Part shown: piece by piece, positions 55,349-63,643 of the stretch
Position numbering within the stretch: position 1 is the stretch's first letter
How the letters are laid out: every line of letters starts with the position of its first letter
From: Bacteroidales bacterium
Lineage (GTDB): Bacteria; Bacteroidota; Bacteroidia; Bacteroidales; UBA3824
Assembly: GCA_017962175.1 (NCBI GenBank)
Contig: JAGCVU010000003.1
Location: 21 to 64,020 of the forward strand
DNA: 64,000 nt
Reading direction: 5' to 3'
The notes under the pieces: model-generated
Told to the model about the DNA's origin: nothing
Database searches by the model: none
The model's input: only the letters and a program-made list of their open reading frames with translations
Made by a program: the position numbers and the translations under genes

Positions 55349-57168
55349 AAGAATTCTACGTCGTTGTCGTCGTCGGTGCCTTCGGGTGTGAGTCCGTCGT
55401 TGAGGTCGGGTGTTTCCTCGTTGAGTGCCTGACGGTGTACAATGCGTTCTGTTTCCATAGTGTAACGGTCTTCGAGACTCTTGAGGTTTTCAGCCTTATT
55501 GTGACGTAGCACGTTGATAGTATCGCTGTCGAGTTTGGCGTATATGCTGTTGAGTTGAGTTACAATTTCGAGCATAATCTTTTCGAAGAAATCGTAGTAT
55601 TTAACCTGCTCAACCGACGACTTGATTTCGCTCGAGAGATTGAGACTGAGTTTTGAGTTTTCGATAAGTACGGTTTCGATTTTTTCGTTGTGCTCGGCTA
55701 TTGATTCGAGTATGCCTGCAATCTTAGCCGACAATTCTTTTAGATTGTCGTTGATTTGATTGCCGTCTTCCTCGTGATTGATTTCCTGAAGTTTTTTGCT
55801 GATGTTCTGAGCCTGACGGAAGAATAGTGTTACATCGTTGAGGTTTTCAGAGATGGTGTCGGTGAGTGATTTGATCTCCTCGATGATGCGGTTGATGCCG
55901 CGTTCGTCGTTTTGGTTGGTGAAATTGCCAAGTACCTCCTTGATTTTGCCTTCCAACGACACGTGAACGGTTTGAATTTCGTTTATTTTGTCGTTTTTCT
56001 CCTCGATGGTCTGGCTTATGGTGTTGATTTCGTTGCCAAAATCTTCGTTGGCTGCAATAAGGCGTTTAAGTACCGAAGTGGTGCCTTTAAGATGGTCTTC
56101 AACATCTTTGAAGTAGCAATCGGTGAGGTCGTTGTTGCCCACAAATTCGTTGCTGAGCTGCGAAATCACGCTCATATCTTCGCTGATATCCCAGAATTTG
56201 CGCATAATAACGGCAAATGCTTTTTGGTATTCTTTGTTGGTGTTGATAAGTTGTGCCACCTGAATACCAGCAATGTCGCGTATTTGTAGAAACTGTTGTG
56301 CCGATTCTGAAAGGTCCATTTTGCCGTCGCTTCCGGTTTTGATGTCCATAGCGGCAAGTTCCTTGATGATATTTTTGTGGGTAGCCTGCACGTGTTCCAT
56401 TTTTTGACGAATAATGTCGTGGTATTGCAGGTTGGTAATTATCTTGTTAACGCTGTCGAAATAGTTTTGAGTGCGTTTGGTGAGTTCGGGAAGTTTCTGT
56501 GCAGCAACAGCTTGCTTGTTTTTGAGCATAATAATGCTGTCGTTGATTTGTCCCGTTACTCGGTCGATGTCGAGAATATTTTTTTTGCGTATTTCGATTA
56601 ACTTGCCCGACGAAAGGCGCGTAACGTTTTTTACCATCAACATCGATTCTGAAATTTTGGGAAGAATAATTTTCAACTTGTTGATTTCGTCGGTGATGCT
56701 GTCGATAAGGTCACTCACTTTTTTGATGTTCTCGCTTTCGGAGTAAGCCACGTTGAGTTTGAGGTTTACAAGCAAGAAGTTGAGTGTAAGTATGTTGAGG
56801 TTGAAGTTCTTTAACGGCACAAACACAAGATTGAGCGCGGTGTGCATTTTTTCAAGTCCGCGTATGCTCTTTAAAATCTTGTTTTTGAGCATATTAATCT
56901 TGTTGTTGAGCGAATCTTGCAAGCCGAGCAACTCGTCGAAAAATTTTTCGTGAGCATCGCCGGCTATTATGTCGTATATTTGTTCGGTTTGACCCGAAAT
57001 TACTTTTGCGTCTTTGTAAAACTTTTTGAGATAGTTGTTGAGAGATAGAAAATCTTCGGCAGAACATTCGTTCAATGCAGTGATTTTTACGTCGATATCC
57101 GAAAATACCAGTATTATCTCCTTTATAGATTTTTGCGATTTTTCGTCGGTTATATTTTCCATTTGCAT
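55345..57168 (-). CDS. large coiled-coil hypothetical protein with a chemoreceptor-like LQYHDIIRQKMEHV motif and an acidic tail
   Basis: 607 aa ORF, highly helical and heptad-like, with no TM segment. The C-terminus reads PEGTDDDNDVEFF. Confidence 0.55.
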   Translation of the reverse strand: MQMENITDEKSQKSIKEIILVFSDIDVKITALNECSAEDFLSLNNYLKKFYKDAKVISGQTEQIYDIIAGDAHEKFFDELLGLQDSLNNKINMLKNKILKSIRGLEKMHTALNLVFVPLKNFNLNILTLNFLLVNLKLNVAYSESENIKKVSDLIDSITDEINKLKIILPKISESMLMVKNVTRLSSGKLIEIRKKNILDIDRVTGQINDSIIMLKNKQAVAAQKLPELTKRTQNYFDSVNKIITNLQYHDIIRQKMEHVQATHKNIIKELAAMDIKTGSDGKMDLSESAQQFLQIRDIAGIQVAQLINTNKEYQKAFAVIMRKFWDISEDMSVISQLSNEFVGNNDLTDCYFKDVEDHLKGTTSVLKRLIAANEDFGNEINTISQTIEEKNDKINEIQTVHVSLEGKIKEVLGNFTNQNDERGINRIIEEIKSLTDTISENLNDVTLFFRQAQNISKKLQEINHEEDGNQINDNLKELSAKIAGILESIAEHNEKIETVLIENSKLSLNLSSEIKSSVEQVKYYDFFEKIMLEIVTQLNSIYAKLDSDTINVLRHNKAENLKSLEDRYTMETERIVHRQALNEETPDLNDGLTPEGTDDDNDVEFF

Positions 57169-57260
57169 CGTTTTTTTAATTCATTTCTACAAATATACGG
57201 AAAAATTTACAAAGTGTATGCTTTTTTCCAAAATTTTTTAATGCAAAAAAAATACCAATC

Positions 57261-58202
57261 CTATTCTTGTTCCGCAGTGCTTTCTATAAGATAACTATTT
57301 CGATCTGACGATGAGCGTGCTACCAATTCGGCAGTAAAACCAGTTAAAAATAGCTGTGTGCCGAATATTATGGTCAAAAGTCCAAAGTAAAACAGCGGAC
57401 GGTCGGTCATTTGATATTGGTTCCACGCAAATTTTGCTATACTTAAATAGGTGAGAATGCCAAAGCCGATGAGGAAACTTAGTGAACCTAACAATCCAAA
57501 AAAGTGCATGGGACTTTTGCCAAATTTGCTTACTATGCTAACCGTTAATAAATCAAGATAACCGTTTACAAAGCGTTCAAGACCAAATTTTGTAACGCCG
57601 TATTTGCGTTTGCGGTGCTGAACCACTTTTTCGCCAATGCGACGGAAACCGGCTTGTTTTGCCAATACAGGTATGTAGCGGTGCATTTCGCCGTAAACTT
57701 CGATACTTTTTACCACGGTGTTGCGATAGGCTTTGAGTCCGCAGTTGAAGTCGTGAAGTTTGATGCCCGTAACCAAGCGTGCTGTAAAATTGAAAAATTT
57801 GCTCGGAACTGTCTTGCTGATAGGGTCGTAACGTTTTTTCTTCCAACCAGATACTACGTCAAATTTTTCTTCTTTTACCATGCGGTAGAGTTCGGGAATT
57901 TCGTCGGGACTATCTTGCATATCGGCGTCCATGGTTATTACCACATCGCCCTGAGCTTTTTTGAATCCTGTGTTGAGAGCGGCAGATTTGCCATAGTTGC
58001 GACGAAATTTTATGCCTTTTATATGACTGTCGGTAGAAGACATTTTCTCTATGATTTCCCACGAGGTATCGGTGCTGCCGTCGTCTACCATTATAACTTC
58101 GTAGCTAAAATTGTTTTCGTTCATTACGCGGGTAATCCACTCGCGGAGTTCGGGTAAAGATTCGTCTTCGTTGTATACGGGTACTATAACTGAAATGTCC
58201 AT
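57261..58202 (-). CDS. family 2 glycosyltransferase (polyprenyl-phosphate glycosyltransferase, GtrB/DPM1-like)
   Basis: VIVPVYNE...IMVDDGSTD...TMDADMQD, with two C-terminal TM segments. Confidence 0.9.
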   Translation of the reverse strand: MDISVIVPVYNEDESLPELREWITRVMNENNFSYEVIMVDDGSTDTSWEIIEKMSSTDSHIKGIKFRRNYGKSAALNTGFKKAQGDVVITMDADMQDSPDEIPELYRMVKEEKFDVVSGWKKKRYDPISKTVPSKFFNFTARLVTGIKLHDFNCGLKAYRNTVVKSIEVYGEMHRYIPVLAKQAGFRRIGEKVVQHRKRKYGVTKFGLERFVNGYLDLLTVSIVSKFGKSPMHFFGLLGSLSFLIGFGILTYLSIAKFAWNQYQMTDRPLFYFGLLTIIFGTQLFLTGFTAELVARSSSDRNSYLIESTAEQE

Positions 58203-58208
58203 TTTAAG

Positions 58209-58721
58209 TTACTTCTTTTGAAATTGTGAAATCCAAGCGCTGAATAGTGAAAACAGCGCGATAATAAACAAGTTGTATGTAAAATACGAGATTATCGTGA
58301 TAGGAATTTTTAATGCTTCAATGATACCAGCTGCATTTTGTAAGTCTTGCTCAGAAAAGGCTTTCATCTGTTTCATCATCTCCATCGACTGTTCTGTGAT
58401 AGTGTCTAAGGCGCTTGTATGAACAAATTTGAGGTCAACAACCAAATAGAGTGATGCAATTATTGTTGCACCAATGCCACACACTATGCCGTATAATGTA
58501 AGTTGCATAAACGGAGTAGGGTCAGGTTTCCTGAATGCCGACCATACTTTTTGACCAAAAAGGATTCCTGACGACAAGGCTATGTATACTATTATTCCCC
58601 CGAATGATATTTGTTTGGTAATCAGTTCGGTAATGAACATAGCTAATGTCATTCCAATTCCAGTGTATGCGCCGTAGGTAAGTGCGTGACGGAGAAAGTC
58701 TATTTTTGCCGGTTTCTGCAT
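58209..58721 (-). CDS. DUF4199-like membrane protein
   Basis: 170 aa with four TM segments. It is the conserved Bacteroidota partner immediately upstream of the GT2 gene. Confidence 0.65.
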   Translation of the reverse strand: MQKPAKIDFLRHALTYGAYTGIGMTLAMFITELITKQISFGGIIVYIALSSGILFGQKVWSAFRKPDPTPFMQLTLYGIVCGIGATIIASLYLVVDLKFVHTSALDTITEQSMEMMKQMKAFSEQDLQNAAGIIEALKIPITIISYFTYNLFIIALFSLFSAWISQFQKK

Positions 58722-58809
58722 TATGTTTTGAATGTTTCAGTGCGCAAAATTATAAAAATATCGAAAAATATCACTATCTTTACACCGAAATAACCAACAT
58801 AAGCAAATT

Positions 58810-59334
58810 ATGGCAAAATTGTTAAAATATATTCCGTCGCTCTTGTCGGTATTGGCTGTGGTAGCCATTGTGTTGCCCACCGGTTGCGGATTTATGGGCG
58901 CGGGTAGGAGTGGACAAATGAAGGATTCGCTCCAAAATGATAGTGCGGCTCGAGCACAAAAATTGTTAGAAATAGATACTTGTACAGCATATTTCCGCCG
59001 TCATACGTGGGCAGACAAAAAACACAATATCACTTTTGACCGTATTGAAATTCTCTCGGATAGTGCAGCTATTGAATATGCCGCCACTCGACACGGTTTT
59101 GAGGGGCGTAAGCATATCATTATAAATTTGGAACCTACCACAGCCACAATGGCGGTGACTGATACTACAGAAATATGGATTGTAAACCCTGCTTTTAGAT
59201 CAGGCAAGTCAAAAACCCATTATATTCAAGGTAAAGTGGGCGATGTGTCTGATTTTGAGTATAATACCATTATCAAACTTGCCACACAGGGTAAAATAAT
59301 TCTTTATCTTCAACAACTCGATATTGAACTATGA
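58810..59334 (+). CDS. hypothetical lipoprotein
   Basis: Signal peptide and lipobox (LPTGCGF). No further motif recognised. Confidence 0.5.
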   Translation: MAKLLKYIPSLLSVLAVVAIVLPTGCGFMGAGRSGQMKDSLQNDSAARAQKLLEIDTCTAYFRRHTWADKKHNITFDRIEILSDSAAIEYAATRHGFEGRKHIIINLEPTTATMAVTDTTEIWIVNPAFRSGKSKTHYIQGKVGDVSDFEYNTIIKLATQGKIILYLQQLDIEL

Positions 59335-61128
59335 AACCGCTCCTACGCTGTAAATATCATCGATAAGAGCGGCGTATTTTTCGGTAACGGCTTTGCGTTT
59401 AAGTTTTTGGGTTTGAGATAGTTCGCCGGTTTCTGCACTCCAAACATCGGGTACAAGACGATAACGCTTAACCTCTTCGTGCTTGCCGTTGAGTTTGTTG
59501 ATGCGTTTTACCTCGCTGTCGATAAGGGCAACAACTGTGGGGTTGGAGATTATCTCTTCGTTTGAAGCGAATTTTACGCCCGACTGAGCCATATAAGCCG
59601 CAAGTTCCTCAAAATTAGGCGAAATCACTGCGCTTGCAAATTTTTGGTTTTCGCCCACAATCATTATTTGCGAAATGTATTTTGATTCTTTAAACTTGCC
59701 TTCAAGCATTTGAGGAGCAATATATTTGCCGCCTGAGGTTTTGAAAACGTCTTTTTTGCGGTCGGTGATGTGGAGGCAGTTGCCCGCCGAAATGTAGCCG
59801 ATGTCGCCGGTGCGGAAATATCCGTCTTCGGTAAACACTTGTGCGGTGAGTTCGGGGTTTTTGTAATAGCCTTTCATCACGTTGGGACCCTTTACAAGTA
59901 TCTCGCCGTCCTCGTCGGTCTTAACATCCTCGTTGCTTACGATAGGACCAACCGATGTGAACTTGTGTCCGCCTTTACCGGGAACAGAGTGCGCAATAAT
60001 GGGCGATGTTTCGGTAAGTCCGTATCCCTCTTGCACTTTGATGCCCGCAGCCCAAAGCAGACGGCTGAGCGAGATAGGTAATGCAGCACCGCCGCAGCCA
60101 AAGAATTTCATCTCGCCACCAAAATAGTATTTGCGCCAACGACGATAGACAAACGCATCGTAAACACGGTTCATTATGTTGTAAATTAAACCGTTAGCGT
60201 TGTAGTGCTCAAAACGGTAGCCGGCTTCTACTGCGCGGTCGAACATTTTTTTGCGCCATCCTGTAAGTTTTGCGCCCTCTTTCATAATGTTCTCGATAAT
60301 CTTTTCGGCAATACGCGGAACGGTGTTGCAACCGTTGGCGTGAATGTCGCAAATGTCGCGGACAATAGTTCCGAGGTTTTGCGCATAGTAGATTCCTATG
60401 CCGTTGTATTGGTACATATAGCAGAAACAGCGTTCGTAAACGTGGCAGAGGGGCAAAATCGAGATGATTTTGTCTTTGCCCTGCTCCAAAGCGCCGATAA
60501 CGTTGCTTGCTGCGGTAAAGTTGCTTACAAAATTCTTGTGGGTGAGCATCACGCCTTTTGAAAGTCCTGTTGTGCCTGATGTGTAGATGATTGACACCAC
60601 GTCGTCTTCGTTGACCGATGCTTTGATGTTTTCAAGTTCTTTTTGGTAATAAACCTTGCTTTTTTCGCCGAGAGCCAAAACTGTTTCCATATTCTCAACG
60701 CCTTCGACATCGGTAAATGAAAACACCTTTTCTATTGTTTTGATTTTTGGAACAACCGACGACATACGACGGTAAGCCGAAGCGTCTGCCACAAACACCA
60801 TTTTGCACTCGCAGTGGTTGAAGATATATTCGTAATCATCGGCACCAATGGTTGGATATACAGGCACGTGAATAGCACCAGTTTGCGCAATTGCCATATC
60901 TACAAAGTTCCACTCGGGACGGTTGTTGGATACTGTAACCACAGTGTCGCCTTTTTTGATGCCGAGAGCCAACAGACCGTAACTCAATAGGTTAACCTTA
61001 TTGCGATAATCGTTGTAACTATATGTGCGCCATCCGTTGCCCGAAACTTTGCAGGCAAGAGCGTCGTTGCGATTGTATTTTTCGCAGCAATAGTCCAAAA
61101 TGTCGAATATTCTTTTTACGTCTGTCAT
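59329..61128 (-). CDS. long-chain-fatty-acid--CoA ligase (AMP-dependent synthetase)
   Basis: AMP-binding motif IIYTSGTTGLSKGVMLTHKN, plus GYGLTETS and TGDIG...DRKKD. Confidence 0.9.
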   Translation of the reverse strand: MTDVKRIFDILDYCCEKYNRNDALACKVSGNGWRTYSYNDYRNKVNLLSYGLLALGIKKGDTVVTVSNNRPEWNFVDMAIAQTGAIHVPVYPTIGADDYEYIFNHCECKMVFVADASAYRRMSSVVPKIKTIEKVFSFTDVEGVENMETVLALGEKSKVYYQKELENIKASVNEDDVVSIIYTSGTTGLSKGVMLTHKNFVSNFTAASNVIGALEQGKDKIISILPLCHVYERCFCYMYQYNGIGIYYAQNLGTIVRDICDIHANGCNTVPRIAEKIIENIMKEGAKLTGWRKKMFDRAVEAGYRFEHYNANGLIYNIMNRVYDAFVYRRWRKYYFGGEMKFFGCGGAALPISLSRLLWAAGIKVQEGYGLTETSPIIAHSVPGKGGHKFTSVGPIVSNEDVKTDEDGEILVKGPNVMKGYYKNPELTAQVFTEDGYFRTGDIGYISAGNCLHITDRKKDVFKTSGGKYIAPQMLEGKFKESKYISQIMIVGENQKFASAVISPNFEELAAYMAQSGVKFASNEEIISNPTVVALIDSEVKRINKLNGKHEEVKRYRLVPDVWSAETGELSQTQKLKRKAVTEKYAALIDDIYSVGAVS

Positions 61129-61193
61129 GGTTTATTACTTTTTATAATTTTAGTTTTTGAAAAATCACTCGGTCGATTTTTTTTATTACGCTG

Positions 61194-61201
61194 CAAAGGT
61201 A
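61194..61201 (-). promoter_or_regulatory. -7 box (TACCTTTG on the minus strand) for the acyl-CoA ligase gene
   Basis: The plus strand reads CAAAGGTA, about 66 nt upstream of the ATG at 61128. Confidence 0.45.
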
Positions 61202-61441
61202 TTATTATTTTTCGAATTTGAAAAATATTTATTTCAAAAATTTTTCTTTAATTTATGTTAAATATTTTATTATTAGTTATTTATCTTGGTGTAAAATTAT
61301 AAAGATTTTTAGAATATTAATTTTCTGCAAACAAAAGTCGAAATTTTTTAACGTACTATTTTGGACTTCAAAAATCTTTCGGTCGAAAAAATCGGAGTGT
61401 AAAATCCTATGCAAAATGTTTTTTTATACAAAAAAATACGA

Positions 61442-61449
61442 TATTTTTG
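61442..61449 (+). promoter_or_regulatory. -7 box TATTTTTG for argR
   Basis: 29 nt upstream of the trimmed argR ATG. Confidence 0.5.
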
Positions 61450-61477
61450 CAGTCGAAAGTGCATAAATATACACCTT

Positions 61478-61948
61478 ATGAACAGCAAGCAAAACCGCAT
61501 ATCTATTATTAGTCAGATAATTGAGAGCGAAACAGTGCGCTCTCAAAACGACATAATCGATCGCCTTCGCGAACGTGGTATAACCCTTACACAAGCAAGC
61601 CTAAGTCGCTATCTCAAAGAGATTCAAGCCTCGCGCATACCCGACGGCAACAACGGATATATTTATAAAATTCCGCCCGAAACCGCCAAATCAACCGCCG
61701 TGCTCAGCAACGAAGTGGTTTCGGTAGAGTTTTCGGGTAACAATATGGCAGTGTTGAAAACCATTTCGGGTTATGCCAACGCTGTTTCGGCGCAAATAGA
61801 TGCCAAAATGCTTCCTCCCATTGCCGGCACCATCTCTGGCGATGATACTATCCTTATCATCATCCGCGACGGGTTTTCAAAACGTCAGGTTAAGGAATAT
61901 TTGGTAAAGGAATTTCAGTATATCAAGAATAAGTTTTTGAATGAATAG
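61478..61948 (+). CDS. argR: arginine repressor
   Basis: Winged-helix N-domain (QNDIIDRLRERGITLTQASLSRYLKEI) and C-terminal oligomerisation/arginine-binding domain (GTISGDDTILIIIRD). The start was trimmed to MNSKQNRISI. Confidence 0.85.
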   Translation: MNSKQNRISIISQIIESETVRSQNDIIDRLRERGITLTQASLSRYLKEIQASRIPDGNNGYIYKIPPETAKSTAVLSNEVVSVEFSGNNMAVLKTISGYANAVSAQIDAKMLPPIAGTISGDDTILIIIRDGFSKRQVKEYLVKEFQYIKNKFLNE

Positions 61949-61976
61949 GAGCGAGGTAATCCTCTCTCCCGTTTTG

Positions 61977-62010
61977 ATCATACATATATATAATGTGTAT
62001 GATTTTTTTT
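61977..62010 (+). terminator. Rho-independent terminator of argR
   Basis: ATCATACA...TGTATGAT stem followed by T8. Confidence 0.7.
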
Positions 62011-62101
62011 GCTTCTTACTTTATTTGTTAATAAATGTTAAAACCTACTTTTTGGTAGAAAAATCTTTTAAAATAATTTGGATAGTATACTTTTTAGTTG
62101 T

Positions 62102-62109
62102 TATCTTTG
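62102..62109 (+). promoter_or_regulatory. -7 box TATCTTTG upstream of the toxin-like gene (about 115-nt structured leader)
   Basis: Exact TAnnTTTG match. The leader contains the 8-bp hairpin GTCAAAAG/CTTTTGAC (62114-62141). Confidence 0.45.
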
Positions 62110-62231
62110 CACCGTCAAAAGAAATGAAACCGACTTTTGACAGAGGTTCTTTGATGGATGGTTTTATGAGTATTGGTTTGAGTTAACAATTTGCCAAAAG
62201 GCGATATTGCCTTAATTAAAACCTTAAAGAT

Positions 62232-62582
62232 ATGAATAAAATCATTTTACAGGACTTTTTGTCCTACGTAGTTACTAACCTTAACGGTGTTTTTGTTGTT
62301 CCCCGTTCACACTCGTTTGACCCGGAAGACAGACACAAAGACCCGAAGGCAGTTTGCGCAAGGCACGAACTCGGAGAGGTAAGGAAGGTAGTAAAAACAG
62401 TTGTAAGGTCTTTGACCGTTGGCGACTTTGTTACTATCCAACCCGACTTGAAGAACAACCTCGGCGACCTTTACGTTTTTCGCAAAAGGTTCAAAGGGGT
62501 GATGCTTTACGTAAAACTTCAAATTAGTACACGAACCGGACAGGTTATCTGCCACTCGTTTCACGAGTGGACCAACAGGTAA
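62232..62582 (+). CDS. MqsR-like toxin (putative ribosome-independent mRNA interferase)
   Basis: The C-terminal half aligns by eye with E. coli MqsR. VVRSLTVGDFVTIQ matches VIIGLSESDFYKSM, LGDLYVFRKRFKGVMLYVKLQI matches WQDVYRPRLVTGQVYLKITV, and VICHSFHEW matches LIVSFKEK. The toxin gene precedes its partner, as in mqsRA. Confidence 0.5.
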   Translation: MNKIILQDFLSYVVTNLNGVFVVPRSHSFDPEDRHKDPKAVCARHELGEVRKVVKTVVRSLTVGDFVTIQPDLKNNLGDLYVFRKRFKGVMLYVKLQISTRTGQVICHSFHEWTNR

Positions 62583-62596
62583 CCGAGCAGGTTTCA

Positions 62597-62629
62597 GGAG
62601 CGGTTATAGAAAACCGCTCCATTTTTTTT
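62597..62629 (+). terminator. strong intrinsic terminator between the toxin-like and antitoxin-like genes
   Basis: GGAGCGGTT-ATAGAA-AACCGCTCC forms a perfect 9-bp stem followed by A-T8. Confidence 0.7.
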
Positions 62630-62650
62630 AACTTTTTAAAACTAACAAAA

Positions 62651-63613
62651 ATGGAAAGCCCGTTTACCGGCGGAAAAGCCGAGTTGGTAATCTCAAAAGA
62701 GGTTTTTGAGTACCGCAAAGAAAAATTCACTTACTACAACATTCAGTACAAGTGTGTGGATACAGGCGAGTTTTTTGCCCCGTTAGAAATCGAAAACTCC
62801 AACCTTTTGCAGGTGTACAACCAATACCGCGCTCTGCACGGTATTCCCTTCCCCGACGAAATTACCGCAATTAGAAAACGTTACGGACTTTCGCGCCCTC
62901 AGATGTCAAAAATCCTTGGTTTTGGCGAGCATCAACTTAAACGCTACGAAGACGACGGCGAAGTGCCGAGCGAAAGCAACGGAAAAACCCTTTCGGCTAT
63001 CAAAAACCCGAAAGTTTTTGAAGTCTACTTGCTCAACGCTAAAAACCAACTTACTACCAAAGAGTTTGATAATATTCTATCAAACCTCAAACACGTAACC
63101 AATTACGATACTACTATATATAAAAGTGTTGTCCGCAGCAAGCAAAACGGCTTGGGCGAACTTAATGCCCAAAAGGCTGTGCAAGCGGCTGAGTATGTTA
63201 TCGACCGTGGACAATCGGTATCTGCCCAAAAACTCAATGCCACGCTTTTGTATGCCGATATGCTTGCCTACGCTGTTAGCGCCAAGTCGATTACGGGGTT
63301 GCTCTATCAAAAAAATGTCCGCAACAATATCGACCCTCACAACTTTTTTGACTTTTACAGAGCCATTCCCGAAGTTGATTTTGCCTTAGACAGCAACGGC
63401 AGAATTACCCTCTCGCTCAATTCTATCCAAATATTTTTTGAGGAACTCACCAAAAAAGAGACTGAAATTTTGGATTATGTGCTATCCATCTTTAACGATA
63501 TGGACGAAACCGCAATTTCTGAAAAAATCAAAAACGATTTTGCCAATATCAAGCCTGATAATTTCGACTTTGATATTGCTTTTTCGCTTGACTTAGTAAA
63601 AAACTTTTTGTAA
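62651..63613 (+). CDS. MqsA-like HTH (XRE) protein with a degenerate zinc ribbon and an approximately 200-aa C-terminal extension (possibly Panacea/DUF4065-like)
   Basis: The N-terminal 120 aa are collinear with MqsA. SPFTGGKAEL matches CPVCHQGEMV, YKCVDTGEFF matches YCVHCEESI, and IRKRYGLSRPQMSKILGFGEHQLKRYEDDGEVPS matches VRKKLSLTQKEAAEIFGGGVNAFSRYEKGNAQPH. The C-terminal KLNATLLYADMLAYAVSAKSITGLLYQK resembles the KLQKLLYYA...ITG..Y block of DUF4065. The start was set at MESPF (62651). Confidence 0.5.
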   Translation: MESPFTGGKAELVISKEVFEYRKEKFTYYNIQYKCVDTGEFFAPLEIENSNLLQVYNQYRALHGIPFPDEITAIRKRYGLSRPQMSKILGFGEHQLKRYEDDGEVPSESNGKTLSAIKNPKVFEVYLLNAKNQLTTKEFDNILSNLKHVTNYDTTIYKSVVRSKQNGLGELNAQKAVQAAEYVIDRGQSVSAQKLNATLLYADMLAYAVSAKSITGLLYQKNVRNNIDPHNFFDFYRAIPEVDFALDSNGRITLSLNSIQIFFEELTKKETEILDYVLSIFNDMDETAISEKIKNDFANIKPDNFDFDIAFSLDLVKNFL

Positions 63614-63643
63614 ATTTGAAAACAACATTAAAACTAAACTATT

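Noticed and set aside
61217-61240. TTGAAA-N8-TTTCAA palindrome and other AT-rich dyads upstream of argR as ARG boxes
   Set aside because: The spacing does not fit the TGAAT-N4-ATTCA ARG-box geometry, and such dyads are expected by chance in DNA this AT-rich.
61218-62186. Small ORFs in AT-rich spacers (61218-61466, 61941-62186; also 12240-12431)
   Set aside because: They are Ile/Phe/Lys/Tyr-rich translations of AT-rich intergenic DNA. They overlap promoter and terminator elements, and no motifs were seen.
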